Source: a virus
Direction: 5' to 3' (one strand)
Virus record (IMG/VR): IMGVR_UViG_3300012665_000356
Span: 14,232 to 78,231 of that record
DNA: 64,000 bases
Shown here: piece after piece, positions 31,987 through 40,871 of the stretch
Layout of the letters: every line of letters begins with the position of its first letter
Position numbering within the stretch: the first letter of the stretch is position 1
Notes under the pieces: generated by a model
Database searches by the model: none
Told to the model about the DNA's origin: nothing
Seen by the model: the letters and a program-made list of their open reading frames with translations, nothing else
Position numbers and translations under genes: made by a program

Positions 31987-32449
31987 GTGAAAGTACCTGA
32001 CGCATTTCAATTTCGGTCTTAAAAGGACCACGATATTCGTATCGTTGTAATGTGATTAATTTAGGACAAAAACTTTTAACCCAACCTTTTTCAAATTTAA
32101 TTGTGTAATAACCTGCGCAGTATAAACTTTTTGAATCACCACTTTTTGTAAACAGTGGTAGTTTGCGTTTTATATCAAACATTGCGTTATGCGGAATAGT
32201 GCTAGTTGGAAAGTCGTGAACTTCTAATTCCTCAGCATCTCTTTTTTCTCTAACAATTTTTGCTATAAAAAAGTCTTTGCCAAATTGTCTAGTTAGGCTT
32301 TCTTTGTTTGGATAGATTTTAATTCCGGCTTCGTTGCTAAGAACGAACCTCTCGTCTTCGTCTTTTCTTAAAGTAGCAAATCGATTTCCATCTTTTTCAA
32401 CAATCCAAAACTTGTCGTCGATGATTGGTTTAGCGTGTAAGTCTGTCAT
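31973..32449 (-). CDS. Hypothetical protein
   Basis: 158 aa; LPLFTK..YCAGYY..FCPKLITL; coupled to the nuclease gene. Confidence 0.6.
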   Translation of the reverse strand: MTDLHAKPIIDDKFWIVEKDGNRFATLRKDEDERFVLSNEAGIKIYPNKESLTRQFGKDFFIAKIVREKRDAEELEVHDFPTSTIPHNAMFDIKRKLPLFTKSGDSKSLYCAGYYTIKFEKGWVKSFCPKLITLQRYEYRGPFKTEIEMRQVLSHVSK

Positions 32450-33432
32450 AGTGTGTACCTCGCATTAAGTGGTTCTGCGTATGATTGTGCTTGATCTGCT
32501 ATTTTTTTAAGATCAAACAAATTACAAAATTTCATAAGTCTTATTCCTACTTGACTTATATCTTTGTTAGCTGTTGTTGATGTATTAATAGTTTCATTAA
32601 TAATTGCTCGAATATCTTCGGGCTGTTGTGTAAGATCGATTAACTGTCGATTGCGGTTATAGTCTTCTAACACACGATGTTCTTGACCTTCGTGGTCAGT
32701 CCATCTCTGAAGCATGAGATTGTTCCACGCATATCCTTTGCTTTTACGATCTTCGAACGCTTCAGTAAGACCCACTTTTTTGCTTGTGCCTTTAGTACGC
32801 ACACCCGGATACGCTGAGAAGACATTATCACTGGTATCACCACGCATACATTTTTCAAACAAGAGCCATTCTGGATTGGGCGCAGTTTTTTCCTCACCGG
32901 TTTTTTTATCTTTGATGCGTTTTCCTTTTTCATCAAAGTATCCTTCGTGTGTAATAGTTGTTTCACTAACACCGTTATATTGTTTTACATTTGGTGCTAT
33001 TAACTGTTCAAAATCTGTGTCTGTTGAGATAATTACATGACTATCATGCGGATGACTTTGAATCCATCCAGCAATCAAATCATCAGCTTCTAATTGCGAA
33101 TGCTGTAACACTGTACAGTTAGTTTTATCTTTGATAAAGTCTTTAAAGGTGTCAAATGCTTCCCAAAACAATTTATCTTCTTCTTGTTCTGTGGCCGTTA
33201 ACGCAGCACGAGCATCTGAACGATTGCGTTTATAAGGGGCATAATAGTCTTTGCGCCACGAGCGACCTTCTAGGCAAAAGACCACATGTTTGCCCTCAAA
33301 ATCTTTCCATGCTTTGCGTATTGAATTTAGAGTTATATGAAATGCCATGCCAATTTTAATATCGGCATCGCCACGTATAACGTGCCTAGCACGAAAAAAT
33401 GTATTAGCAGTATCTACTAAAATGTAACTCAT
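32446..33432 (-). CDS. rnh: T4 RNase H-like 5'-3' exonuclease / flap endonuclease
   Basis: ILVD..N, SWRKDYYAPYKRNR, LEADD, ISTDTDF, GDTSDNV (FEN/PolI 5'-nuclease motifs). Confidence 0.9.
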   Translation of the reverse strand: MSYILVDTANTFFRARHVIRGDADIKIGMAFHITLNSIRKAWKDFEGKHVVFCLEGRSWRKDYYAPYKRNRSDARAALTATEQEEDKLFWEAFDTFKDFIKDKTNCTVLQHSQLEADDLIAGWIQSHPHDSHVIISTDTDFEQLIAPNVKQYNGVSETTITHEGYFDEKGKRIKDKKTGEEKTAPNPEWLLFEKCMRGDTSDNVFSAYPGVRTKGTSKKVGLTEAFEDRKSKGYAWNNLMLQRWTDHEGQEHRVLEDYNRNRQLIDLTQQPEDIRAIINETINTSTTANKDISQVGIRLMKFCNLFDLKKIADQAQSYAEPLNARYTL

Positions 33433-33863
33433 GAAACTTCGCTCTTTCCTTTAGCTAGGGGTGTTACATTAATAAAACCTGAGCCAACTCTTTCTGGCTC
33501 GGCTATGCCTTCTTCTGTTAGCATATTTCTAACAATATCTCGGAACCAGCGATCTACAATTTCTTCTTCTGGATCACCTTCAAAGCCGTATCCTTCTTGT
33601 TTTAATTTTAACACAAAAAGTTCGTTCCAGTCAAGTTCAAAAAACCCGTTGCGAATATTGTCTTTGTTAACATGTGTATCTAACACAGCAATATATGGTT
33701 CGCCTTTTTTAGTAGCACGTTCCTTGGGCGTAAGTTTTGCTAATTCGGCTTCTTCTTGAGCACGAACAGTTTCTGCTACAGCTTTATCTCTCGCTGCTTG
33801 TAGTTCTTCTTTTTCTGCTTCTAACTTGTCAAGTCCTAAAAGTTTTTTAATAACTTTTTTCAT
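33429..33863 (-). CDS. Hypothetical protein
   Basis: Probable start at 33863 (TAATG overlap with queE); GFFELDWN motif. Confidence 0.6.
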   Translation of the reverse strand: MKKVIKKLLGLDKLEAEKEELQAARDKAVAETVRAQEEAELAKLTPKERATKKGEPYIAVLDTHVNKDNIRNGFFELDWNELFVLKLKQEGYGFEGDPEEEIVDRWFRDIVRNMLTEEGIAEPERVGSGFINVTPLAKGKSEVS

Positions 33864-34726
33864 TAAGTTCCCCATTCATTTTTAAATAACGGCACTTGTA
33901 ATCTATCACTGTATCGCAATCCGTTCTTCATTGCTAAATCTGCTACTGTTCGGTTGTTTAGTGTGTATACACTTTCTACACCGCCAACTGGCATCAAATA
34001 GATATGCCCTGTAAAACCTGCCGCACGATATGCGCCAATAGCACACTCTGCGTCTTTAAAATCTTGTTCTGTGGCAATAACAAACTTCAAATATGCTGTA
34101 CCAAAATTTTCGTATTCACAGACCACTTCTGGTAGAATTGCTTCTTCCCACTTCTCGCCACTACATGGAAGTTTAGCACTTACACTGAATGTAACTTCTC
34201 TAGCAAAATCCATATTAGGCATTTGCCATTGTATTAGATATTCTTTAAATTCTTCAGTTAGTTTTTGAGTACCATTTGTTTCAAATGTAATCTCTTTTAG
34301 GCCTGCCATCTTAGGATGATTGAGTAAGTCTGGATAAGCACGTTGCCAACCTAACAATGGCTCACCGCCTGTAATAACAAGATGAGCATCACCCCAATGG
34401 TTACCGGGAAGAATTTCCATTGTACGTTCTACAATAGCATCGCTTGTAAGCATTGGCGATAAGTCTTTAAACGCAGGATGCCAACTAGCATAGCTATCAC
34501 AACCCGTACTAACTAATGGTAAGTCTTCATACTTTTGAAAAGACTCAATCATTGTATGTGTTGCTGCGATGTCAGTAGCTTCGTGACTCATTTCGCCACG
34601 TGGCATACCAAAGCCAGCACACTTGAAGTTACAGCCAAATGTACGTAAGAAAACAGAAGGCACACCCATATAGCGGCCTTCACCTTGTATGCTGTAAAAC
34701 AGCTCTGCTATTTTAATTTTACTCAT
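33863..34726 (-). CDS. queE: 7-carboxy-7-deazaguanine synthase (radical SAM)
   Basis: ELFYSIQGEG..GVPSVFLRTFGCNFKC..GCDS, VITGGEPLL, FETNGT, SVSAKL, YLMP: QueE/NrdG family; context with folE and queD-like genes. Confidence 0.85.
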   Translation of the reverse strand: MSKIKIAELFYSIQGEGRYMGVPSVFLRTFGCNFKCAGFGMPRGEMSHEATDIAATHTMIESFQKYEDLPLVSTGCDSYASWHPAFKDLSPMLTSDAIVERTMEILPGNHWGDAHLVITGGEPLLGWQRAYPDLLNHPKMAGLKEITFETNGTQKLTEEFKEYLIQWQMPNMDFAREVTFSVSAKLPCSGEKWEEAILPEVVCEYENFGTAYLKFVIATEQDFKDAECAIGAYRAAGFTGHIYLMPVGGVESVYTLNNRTVADLAMKNGLRYSDRLQVPLFKNEWGT

Positions 34727-34731
34727 AGTTT

Positions 34732-34761
34732 ATTATACACTCTTTTTAGTAGTTTTGTCAA
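34732..34761 (-). promoter_or_regulatory. sigma70-type promoter for queE (likely leaderless transcript)
   Basis: TTGACA-N18-TATAAT, then 5 nt to the ATG. Confidence 0.7.
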
Positions 34762-34915
34762 CTTTTTTAAGTTGCCAACTGCCATCTTTGCGATCAATCC
34801 ATTCTAGAGTATCGCCTTCCTTCCAACCAGCTTCTTCTAAAAGTTCTGGAGGAAAGGTTAAAATGGCATCTCCGTTTTCAGGATCTTCTTCTACAGTTAA
34901 AGTCCAAGATTTCAT
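34733..34915 (-). CDS. AbrB/MazE-like small DNA-binding protein
   Basis: ILTFPPELLEEAGWKEGDTLEW swapped-hairpin pattern. Confidence 0.65.
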   Translation of the reverse strand: MKSWTLTVEEDPENGDAILTFPPELLEEAGWKEGDTLEWIDRKDGSWQLKKVDKTTKKSV

Positions 34916-35508
34916 TTAATTGCCTTTAATTTTTTAGATACAGTGTTATACACGTATTGATTTCCTCTATCGGAATAGTGATTTACTTTTCCTCGATTCC
35001 TTGGCCAAAATGTTGAAAACTCTAAATGTTCTTTTTCAAATTTAAATGGCAAACTTGATATAGAATGATCTATGGCAAGATAGGGAACAGTAATTAATGA
35101 TTCAATTTGTTTACGCATCAATTTGTAAATATCTTCTTGAAACGTTTCGTCGTAATGATATTTGAACCAATTCAATGCGGTAACTAAACTTTGATTATTG
35201 TCATCTCTGTTATGATCTAGATCATTAAAAATAAGATCGCAATCTTTATGTAGTCCTGTTCTTTCTAACGGATGTAGTGGAGTATGTATTCGAAAAGGAC
35301 TAGTATGACATACAATTACTAAATCATACTCATTAGGATTATTTTTTTCAATTTGTTTTAAAATTTTGTATTCGCTTATGCCTGCTTGCGCAACATTTTT
35401 AACTTCAAATTCTTTAGACAGCATATTTGGCCAGCCAGGAGTATCGCTGTTCCAATCCGCAGCAAAACTATCGCCTGCTAACAGTATTCTTAACTTTGTT
35501 TCAGCCAT
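34912..35508 (-). CDS. SGNH/GDSL-like hydrolase or acyltransferase
   Basis: ILLAGDSF block I; C-terminal NHYSDRGN. Confidence 0.6.
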   Translation of the reverse strand: MAETKLRILLAGDSFAADWNSDTPGWPNMLSKEFEVKNVAQAGISEYKILKQIEKNNPNEYDLVIVCHTSPFRIHTPLHPLERTGLHKDCDLIFNDLDHNRDDNNQSLVTALNWFKYHYDETFQEDIYKLMRKQIESLITVPYLAIDHSISSLPFKFEKEHLEFSTFWPRNRGKVNHYSDRGNQYVYNTVSKKLKAIK

Positions 35509-36308
35509 GGAATAAAATTTGAAGCAATCATTTTGTGATATTCTTCATTATAGTGTTCATTGTCTGGTAAGAAAAATTTACTATGATCTATAAATTTTTT
35601 CTTAAAATACGACTCTACAGTTAACGATGAAATTTTAGTTGATTTTAATTTTGAATAGAAATCTAATTTAGTTGGAAATTTAACACGATCGGTCATATTA
35701 AACAAATATAATTTACACCCGTGTTCTTGACACATTGAGTCCATTACTAAAATATCTTTAAAAAATTCTCTTTGTTCTAAATGTGTGTTTAGTTCAAAAA
35801 ATAATTTTATATCCATGTAACAGTCTTTTCGAAGATCTGGAGTTACAAGACCATTTTGATAGTTAAAATTAATATCGGCTACTTTACCAAAATCTTCAAA
35901 CGTAGGTTTATTTAATAATTGAAATCTATCTTCTTTAAAAATACAATCTTGATATATGTCAACTAACCCGTGTTTATTTTTATGAAATTCGGTAAAGTAA
36001 TCAGCTGGAATAACTTCTGGTGATAAAGTTTCGTTGAATGCTAGTATAAATCTATTCCAGCTAGCTAGTAAAACAAATACTTCGTCGGTGTCTGGATGTT
36101 TATCTAACATGGCTCTAAGCCAATCAGGATAGATTTTATTTGCGGCACCGGGTATTGCGTATACTGAAACGTTCTTATTGTTTTCTTTTGCGTAAAATTC
36201 TGCGTAATTATTGTCATTCCATAAGGAATAACTGCCAGGCCCTAATTTTCCAGGCTCAGTGATATACCCGCAGGTATGACTGTCACCTAAAAATACTGCT
36301 CTACTCAT
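35490..36308 (-). CDS. SGNH/GDSL-like hydrolase or acyltransferase
   Basis: VFLGDSHTCG block I; C-terminal DNEH (DxxH). Confidence 0.65.
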   Translation of the reverse strand: MSRAVFLGDSHTCGYITEPGKLGPGSYSLWNDNNYAEFYAKENNKNVSVYAIPGAANKIYPDWLRAMLDKHPDTDEVFVLLASWNRFILAFNETLSPEVIPADYFTEFHKNKHGLVDIYQDCIFKEDRFQLLNKPTFEDFGKVADINFNYQNGLVTPDLRKDCYMDIKLFFELNTHLEQREFFKDILVMDSMCQEHGCKLYLFNMTDRVKFPTKLDFYSKLKSTKISSLTVESYFKKKFIDHSKFFLPDNEHYNEEYHKMIASNFIPWLKQS

Positions 36309-36499
36309 AGCGCCTCGCTTATTAACAATCTACACATAAACGCATCTTTTTCGTTTTTAAACACAAATCTCATATAGTCTTCGTGAGGATGAGAATCATA
36401 CCGATCGCCTGGCAAACCAAATTGCTCAATTATTTTGTAGCATATTTCATTCCACCACTTGCTAGATTGATTTTCCCAAGCAACATCTATTGTATTCAT
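36305..36499 (-). CDS. Hypothetical protein
   Basis: 64 aa; FGLPGDRY; overlap-coupled. Confidence 0.55.
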   Translation of the reverse strand: MNTIDVAWENQSSKWWNEICYKIIEQFGLPGDRYDSHPHEDYMRFVFKNEKDAFMCRLLISEAL

Positions 36500-36684
36500 T
36501 CTAGTACCGATCTAAAACGTTGTAAAAAACTTTCTAGGTAACAACTATATTCTCTGTTTGAATCTTCCGGAGCTTTTTCTTTAATGTAATGAACCCATGT
36601 GTGACCTTCAATTTCTACTACATGTATAACATGAAACATGTCGCCGTTGTTTCCTGTCCATCTTGAACCTTCTTTTACAATCAT
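36496..36684 (-). CDS. Hypothetical protein
   Basis: 62 aa; overlap-coupled. Confidence 0.5.
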   Translation of the reverse strand: MIVKEGSRWTGNNGDMFHVIHVVEIEGHTWVHYIKEKAPEDSNREYSCYLESFLQRFRSVLE

Positions 36685-36686
36685 TT

Positions 36687-37073
36687 TCAGCCCTTTCTAT
36701 AGTTTCCTTTTCCGGGAATAGTATTCCTTACACCCCCTACAGGATCTTCAACATCGCCCTTGCGTCTTGGAATTAAATGTATATGCGGATACATTACTGT
36801 TTGACCAGCAGCTTCGCCCCAATTAAGACCAATATTAAATCCGTCCCACTCACCTTTTTCCATCATTTCTTTTCCGTGTTTAAAAGCATCAGCAAAACAA
36901 TCTTCAATAACGCCGTCGGCAGCATATTGGGGAACAAACAATAGATGCCCCGGAGTACACGGATATTTGTCTTCAAAAATTACAACATGAAAGTCTTCTT
37001 GTACTTTTTCAGTCCACGGAGCAACTCCAACTTCTGCGGCATCTTGTAAAGTATAATACTGCTTATTGCTCAT
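36687..37073 (-). CDS. HIT-family nucleotide hydrolase
   Basis: DKYPCTPGHLLFVP; GEAAGQTVMYPHIHLIPRRKGD. Confidence 0.9.
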   Translation of the reverse strand: MSNKQYYTLQDAAEVGVAPWTEKVQEDFHVVIFEDKYPCTPGHLLFVPQYAADGVIEDCFADAFKHGKEMMEKGEWDGFNIGLNWGEAAGQTVMYPHIHLIPRRKGDVEDPVGGVRNTIPGKGNYRKG

Positions 37074-37297
37074 CTAGAAAATTCCTTACGTTCTTGCGGT
37101 AGGTCGTCTTCTTTAATAACAAATTCTCGTCCTACCATATTACCAACAAATACTTTGGTATTTTCTTTATATACCATTCTTAGTTTTACAGTCTGAACAG
37201 CAACTTCTAAAAACGCTCTTGGTTTAAATCCAAGAACATGAACTTCTAGATCTTTTCCGTTATCTGTACAACGTATTTTTATTTTTGAGTCAATCAT
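37070..37297 (-). CDS. Hypothetical protein
   Basis: Probable start MIDSK at 37297 (ATGA overlap). Confidence 0.5.
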   Translation of the reverse strand: MIDSKIKIRCTDNGKDLEVHVLGFKPRAFLEVAVQTVKLRMVYKENTKVFVGNMVGREFVIKEDDLPQERKEFSR

Positions 37298-37794
37298 TTT
37301 GCCCACCAGTCTTCATAAGGGAAATCAATCCATATATCTCGTTCTGCTTTGTTAATCTCTTCACCGACAAAATCCATTTTAACATTACATTTGCTAGCCA
37401 TGTTATCAAACAATACCGCAAATTTAACATTGATATTCCAAACATCGTCTTTCCATACTTCATAATGAGGATGACACCCGCTAGGCCAATCTTGCATAAT
37501 CCAATTCAGTGTGGCACCTGTATCGTTGATATCGTCAACTATAAGAATGTTTTTACCTTTAAACGCATCTTCAGCCATCCAGAGATTGCTTTCTTGCTCA
37601 CTGCCATCACGCAACTGAACCTTTAGTGTTTCACAAGGAACTTCGAAATAGTAACTGATCATCTTAGCAGGAAGCAATCCGCCTCTTGTGATTCCTACAA
37701 CGTAATCAGGTCGCCACCCGCTGATAGCTATGTCTCGACACAGTTTACTAATTAAATTTTGATACTGCGGCCAACTTACGCTATGCTTTTCCAC
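37294..37794 (-). CDS. Type I purine phosphoribosyltransferase (Gpt-like)
   Basis: VVGITRGGLLPA; PRPP-binding ILIVDDINDTGAT; WIDFPYE. Confidence 0.9.
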   Translation of the reverse strand: MEKHSVSWPQYQNLISKLCRDIAISGWRPDYVVGITRGGLLPAKMISYYFEVPCETLKVQLRDGSEQESNLWMAEDAFKGKNILIVDDINDTGATLNWIMQDWPSGCHPHYEVWKDDVWNINVKFAVLFDNMASKCNVKMDFVGEEINKAERDIWIDFPYEDWWAK

Positions 37795-38254
37795 TGGTTA
37801 ATTTCCTTGAGGCAATGTAATTTTCATGTTGGACCCAAATATTGTTAACTAAGAAACCCCAGTCTCGTTTATGCGGTCCTGGCATAAACAATGTCCAAGC
37901 AGTAACACCGTTTTTTAATTCAATGCGATGATAAGAAGTAGGAGAACAAATGCGGAAATGTCCGGGCCCGCGCCAGTGACGAATCTCGTCAACTTTAATA
38001 CCGTCTGAATCAAATTTTGGAACCCATTCATAGTATCCACCTTTTAAAATTAATGTAGCATAGGGCCAAGGATGATCATGTACATCATCTGGGTCACCTT
38101 TAAGAAACTTATGCAAAAATACATTAAATGGAAAATGTTTACGTTCTTTTAAGAATAGGTAATAGCGTTCCAAATACGGCTCGTTGCTTTCACGATCCAT
38201 AATAATACGTTTGCGGTCAACACGATCTAACCAGTTGAGAAATTGTTGAATCAT
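37781..38254 (-). CDS. Cupin-like protein
   Basis: HDHPW..ILKGGYYE..YHRI..WTLFMPG..WGF; start likely MIQQF at 38254. Confidence 0.65.
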   Translation of the reverse strand: MIQQFLNWLDRVDRKRIIMDRESNEPYLERYYLFLKERKHFPFNVFLHKFLKGDPDDVHDHPWPYATLILKGGYYEWVPKFDSDGIKVDEIRHWRGPGHFRICSPTSYHRIELKNGVTAWTLFMPGPHKRDWGFLVNNIWVQHENYIASRKLTSGKA

Positions 38255-38261
38255 TATATTC

Positions 38262-38486
38262 TCATTTCTTGTTTTTTGGAGGCTCTTCAGTGGCAACTGG
38301 TCTTCCTTCTTGATCATAATGAATATATGTGTCAATATATCGAACCATTCTTACAGGAACCCAATGCGTTCTTAAAATTTTGTTAATAATAATTGCGGTA
38401 GCAACAATTAATAGTACAGCCAAGCAGCCAACTACTACACCGCCAAGAATTGAAAACGAAGTTATAATTGCTGAACACTCTTCCAT
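38262..38486 (-). CDS. Small membrane protein
   Basis: One long hydrophobic N-terminal segment. Confidence 0.55.
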   Translation of the reverse strand: MEECSAIITSFSILGGVVVGCLAVLLIVATAIIINKILRTHWVPVRMVRYIDTYIHYDQEGRPVATEEPPKNKK

Positions 38487-38495
38487 ATCTTTCCT

Positions 38496-38699
38496 TTAGT
38501 CTTTAAAATATTTTTCTAATACTTCTACTTTATCCATGTATTCTGCGATCTGAGAAACTTCTTTTTCGATAGCATCCATAATATCCGAATGATCGTGAAT
38601 TGCCATTGGATTATTTAAAATAACTTCAACGTTAATTTTATGTTTTTCAATGTGTGCTAGATAATGTTGTTTACTAGCTTCAATTAGTTTTTTTCTCAT
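38496..38699 (-). CDS. Hypothetical protein
   Basis: 67-aa helical ORF coupled to folE. Confidence 0.55.
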   Translation of the reverse strand: MRKKLIEASKQHYLAHIEKHKINVEVILNNPMAIHDHSDIMDAIEKEVSQIAEYMDKVEVLEKYFKD

Positions 38700-39520
38700 C
38701 TTGGGGCAAACTCCTGTTGTAATTTAATATTATCAAAGAATTCTTTCTTTGTATTTCCGTCTTCTTTAAACGCACCTTTTAACACGGTAGTCTGTGTAAG
38801 ACTAGAGTGTGCCATGATGCCACGATTTTCACAACACCCATGTGTTGCTTGAATATAGACTGCTACATTTTCTGAGTCAGTTGCTTTGCTAATCTCGCGG
38901 GCGATGTCGTTACAAAGTTCCTCCTGGAGAGTACCTCGACGGGCACACCACTGTGCGATACGTGTGTACTTTGAGAGTCCGATGAGCTTCTGTGCGGCAA
39001 TAATGCCAATATAAGCAACGCCAGCAACGGGTTGGTGATGATGACTACACATGCTACGCAACTCACTACGAACAACCAACATGCCTTCATAACGGTCTTC
39101 CGAGTCATTTGGAAATGCTGTTGCGGTTGGTGCTGGGTCATATCTGCCTTCCATTATCTCATTAAAATACATTTTAGCAAGTCTACGTGCTGTACCTTGA
39201 CTGTTGGGATCGTTTTCACGATCAATGAGCAATCGATCAAGCACTGTTTCAAACGCTTCTGTTGCCTCATCGATTAGGCGTTCTTTATCGCCATCGTGTA
39301 AATAGTCACTGATATTATCACCTGCCCAAAAACGTTTCTTATCACGTTTCATTCTAGCACGAATATTAGCACCTAAATACCCTTCTGAATATCCTTTGTC
39401 AGACATCATGTCTGCGGCTTTGACATATACTTCTTTGCCTAATGGTGTATATTTTTCTTCAACAAACTCTTGATCAATAGGAGTGTTCATTAGTGGATCT
39501 GGTTTAAATTCTTTTGTCAA
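38696..39520 (-). CDS. folE: GTP cyclohydrolase I
   Basis: SMCSHHHQP, IGLSKYTR, RRGTLQEEL, ATHGCCENRG; TTG start after GGAG. Confidence 0.95.
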   Translation of the reverse strand: MTKEFKPDPLMNTPIDQEFVEEKYTPLGKEVYVKAADMMSDKGYSEGYLGANIRARMKRDKKRFWAGDNISDYLHDGDKERLIDEATEAFETVLDRLLIDRENDPNSQGTARRLAKMYFNEIMEGRYDPAPTATAFPNDSEDRYEGMLVVRSELRSMCSHHHQPVAGVAYIGIIAAQKLIGLSKYTRIAQWCARRGTLQEELCNDIAREISKATDSENVAVYIQATHGCCENRGIMAHSSLTQTTVLKGAFKEDGNTKKEFFDNIKLQQEFAPR

Positions 39521-39561
39521 TTATAATTCTCCGAGTTAACGACGTGGATGTCATATATGTA

Positions 39562-40623
39562 TTATTTTAACATCTTTAATAGTTGATCGCAACTAAAAAA
39601 GTTTTGAGTTAACAGCTCTACCTGTTTATTTAGGCTTGGTAAGAATTTTTCATAATTCTCCATATATTGGATAATTTTATGGCATACTTCTTTTCTATGA
39701 ACTTCGTATGATTCAAAACTTTCAGTCCATTCTGAAGGATACTTAAATGTATCCAATGCCATTTCTGAATAGCTAAGTCTATCCGGAATCATTGGAATAG
39801 CATCCACTAACGCACCTTCATACCAGCTAATGCCTAATGTTTCTTGTAGATTGGCACTAAACACTAGTTTAGCCTCGCCTAGCATATTATGATATTCGTT
39901 CTTTGTCAACGGATATTCCTGACAAACTTTAAATTCATATTGTGGAAGATGTTTTTTAAGATCTTCAAAAATAGGCAGTTGCTTTTCAGGAGCGATACGA
40001 TGCGGAAACAAGATAAGATCACGCTTAGGCATGTTCTTATACATCATTAGAGTATCGGCCATATATTCCATAGGCCACCCTGTACGTACTACTTTGCCAT
40101 CAAAATCAGCGCCAGCAATTACTTTTGTATCAAACAAGTTCTTAAAGAACATTTCGATATGAAAGTCTGTGGCAAAGTAGTTATGATCAAATGCTTCATA
40201 AAAACTTTTCTCAGCATGTCTAACCCAAGGTTTAGCACCAACAAGACGTCCTAAAAAATCTTGAGGATCATAACTGCCAGCATGCCATAAACCGTGTGTT
40301 GTTACAGGAATCTGTAACAGCTCACTCATATACTTTAAATTTATAATGCCCGGGTGCCAAGCATCAGTAAAAATAAAGTGATCGCCGGGATGAACGGCTC
40401 CGTTACAAAATAGCCTGCCCATCTGCTCAACTTGAGAAGACTTGTATATATTGGTGCCACCAAAATTAAGAAAAGCACCAGGAGTAGTGGCTGAAGGAAT
40501 ATCCTCAGGGCCAGAGATAATTTGAACATCGTGACCTTTCTTTCTTAATAAGGTAGGCAAGTGGGTTTTCCACTGGCCTGTGTACCTTGTTTCAACAGCT
40601 TCTAGATCAACTAGAAATATCAT
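39562..40623 (-). CDS. GT-B (GT4-like, GTDC1/DUF3524-like) glycosyltransferase
   Basis: LILFPHRIAPEK; SANLQETLGISWYEG (E-x7-E); IPMIPDRLSYSE. Confidence 0.8.
   Translation of the reverse strand: MIFLVDLEAVETRYTGQWKTHLPTLLRKKGHDVQIISGPEDIPSATTPGAFLNFGGTNIYKSSQVEQMGRLFCNGAVHPGDHFIFTDAWHPGIINLKYMSELLQIPVTTHGLWHAGSYDPQDFLGRLVGAKPWVRHAEKSFYEAFDHNYFATDFHIEMFFKNLFDTKVIAGADFDGKVVRTGWPMEYMADTLMMYKNMPKRDLILFPHRIAPEKQLPIFEDLKKHLPQYEFKVCQEYPLTKNEYHNMLGEAKLVFSANLQETLGISWYEGALVDAIPMIPDRLSYSEMALDTFKYPSEWTESFESYEVHRKEVCHKIIQYMENYEKFLPSLNKQVELLTQNFFSCDQLLKMLK
39564..39592 (-). promoter_or_regulatory. sigma70-type promoter for folE
   Basis: TTGCGA-N17-TAAAAT with a TGn extended -10, inside the 3' end of the glycosyltransferase gene. 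Confidence 0.5.
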
Positions 40624-40865
40624 TGGTTGCGAGACCGATAATTAGTTTGCCCTCTTGGCCGATTATTTTGCCATTGGCGTTTAGGCCTTTGACTATCTAA
40701 GAAAGCACGATAGTTATCGTTATCTTTCCTGTAGAGGTGCGCCGGATCAAACGGGCGTAATTCAAATCGACAAAAGTCGAGGTATGTGTCAAGGTCGTTC
40801 CAGACCTTAACAACGTCAGGACGGTTTTCAAAGTACCGATAGTCCTTGTAGTTTTTGCTCATCAT
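40620..40865 (-). CDS. Hypothetical protein
   Basis: 81 aa between the queD-like and GT genes; GAGG SD. Confidence 0.55.
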   Translation of the reverse strand: MMSKNYKDYRYFENRPDVVKVWNDLDTYLDFCRFELRPFDPAHLYRKDNDNYRAFLDSQRPKRQWQNNRPRGQTNYRSRNQ

Positions 40866-40871
40866 TTCCTC

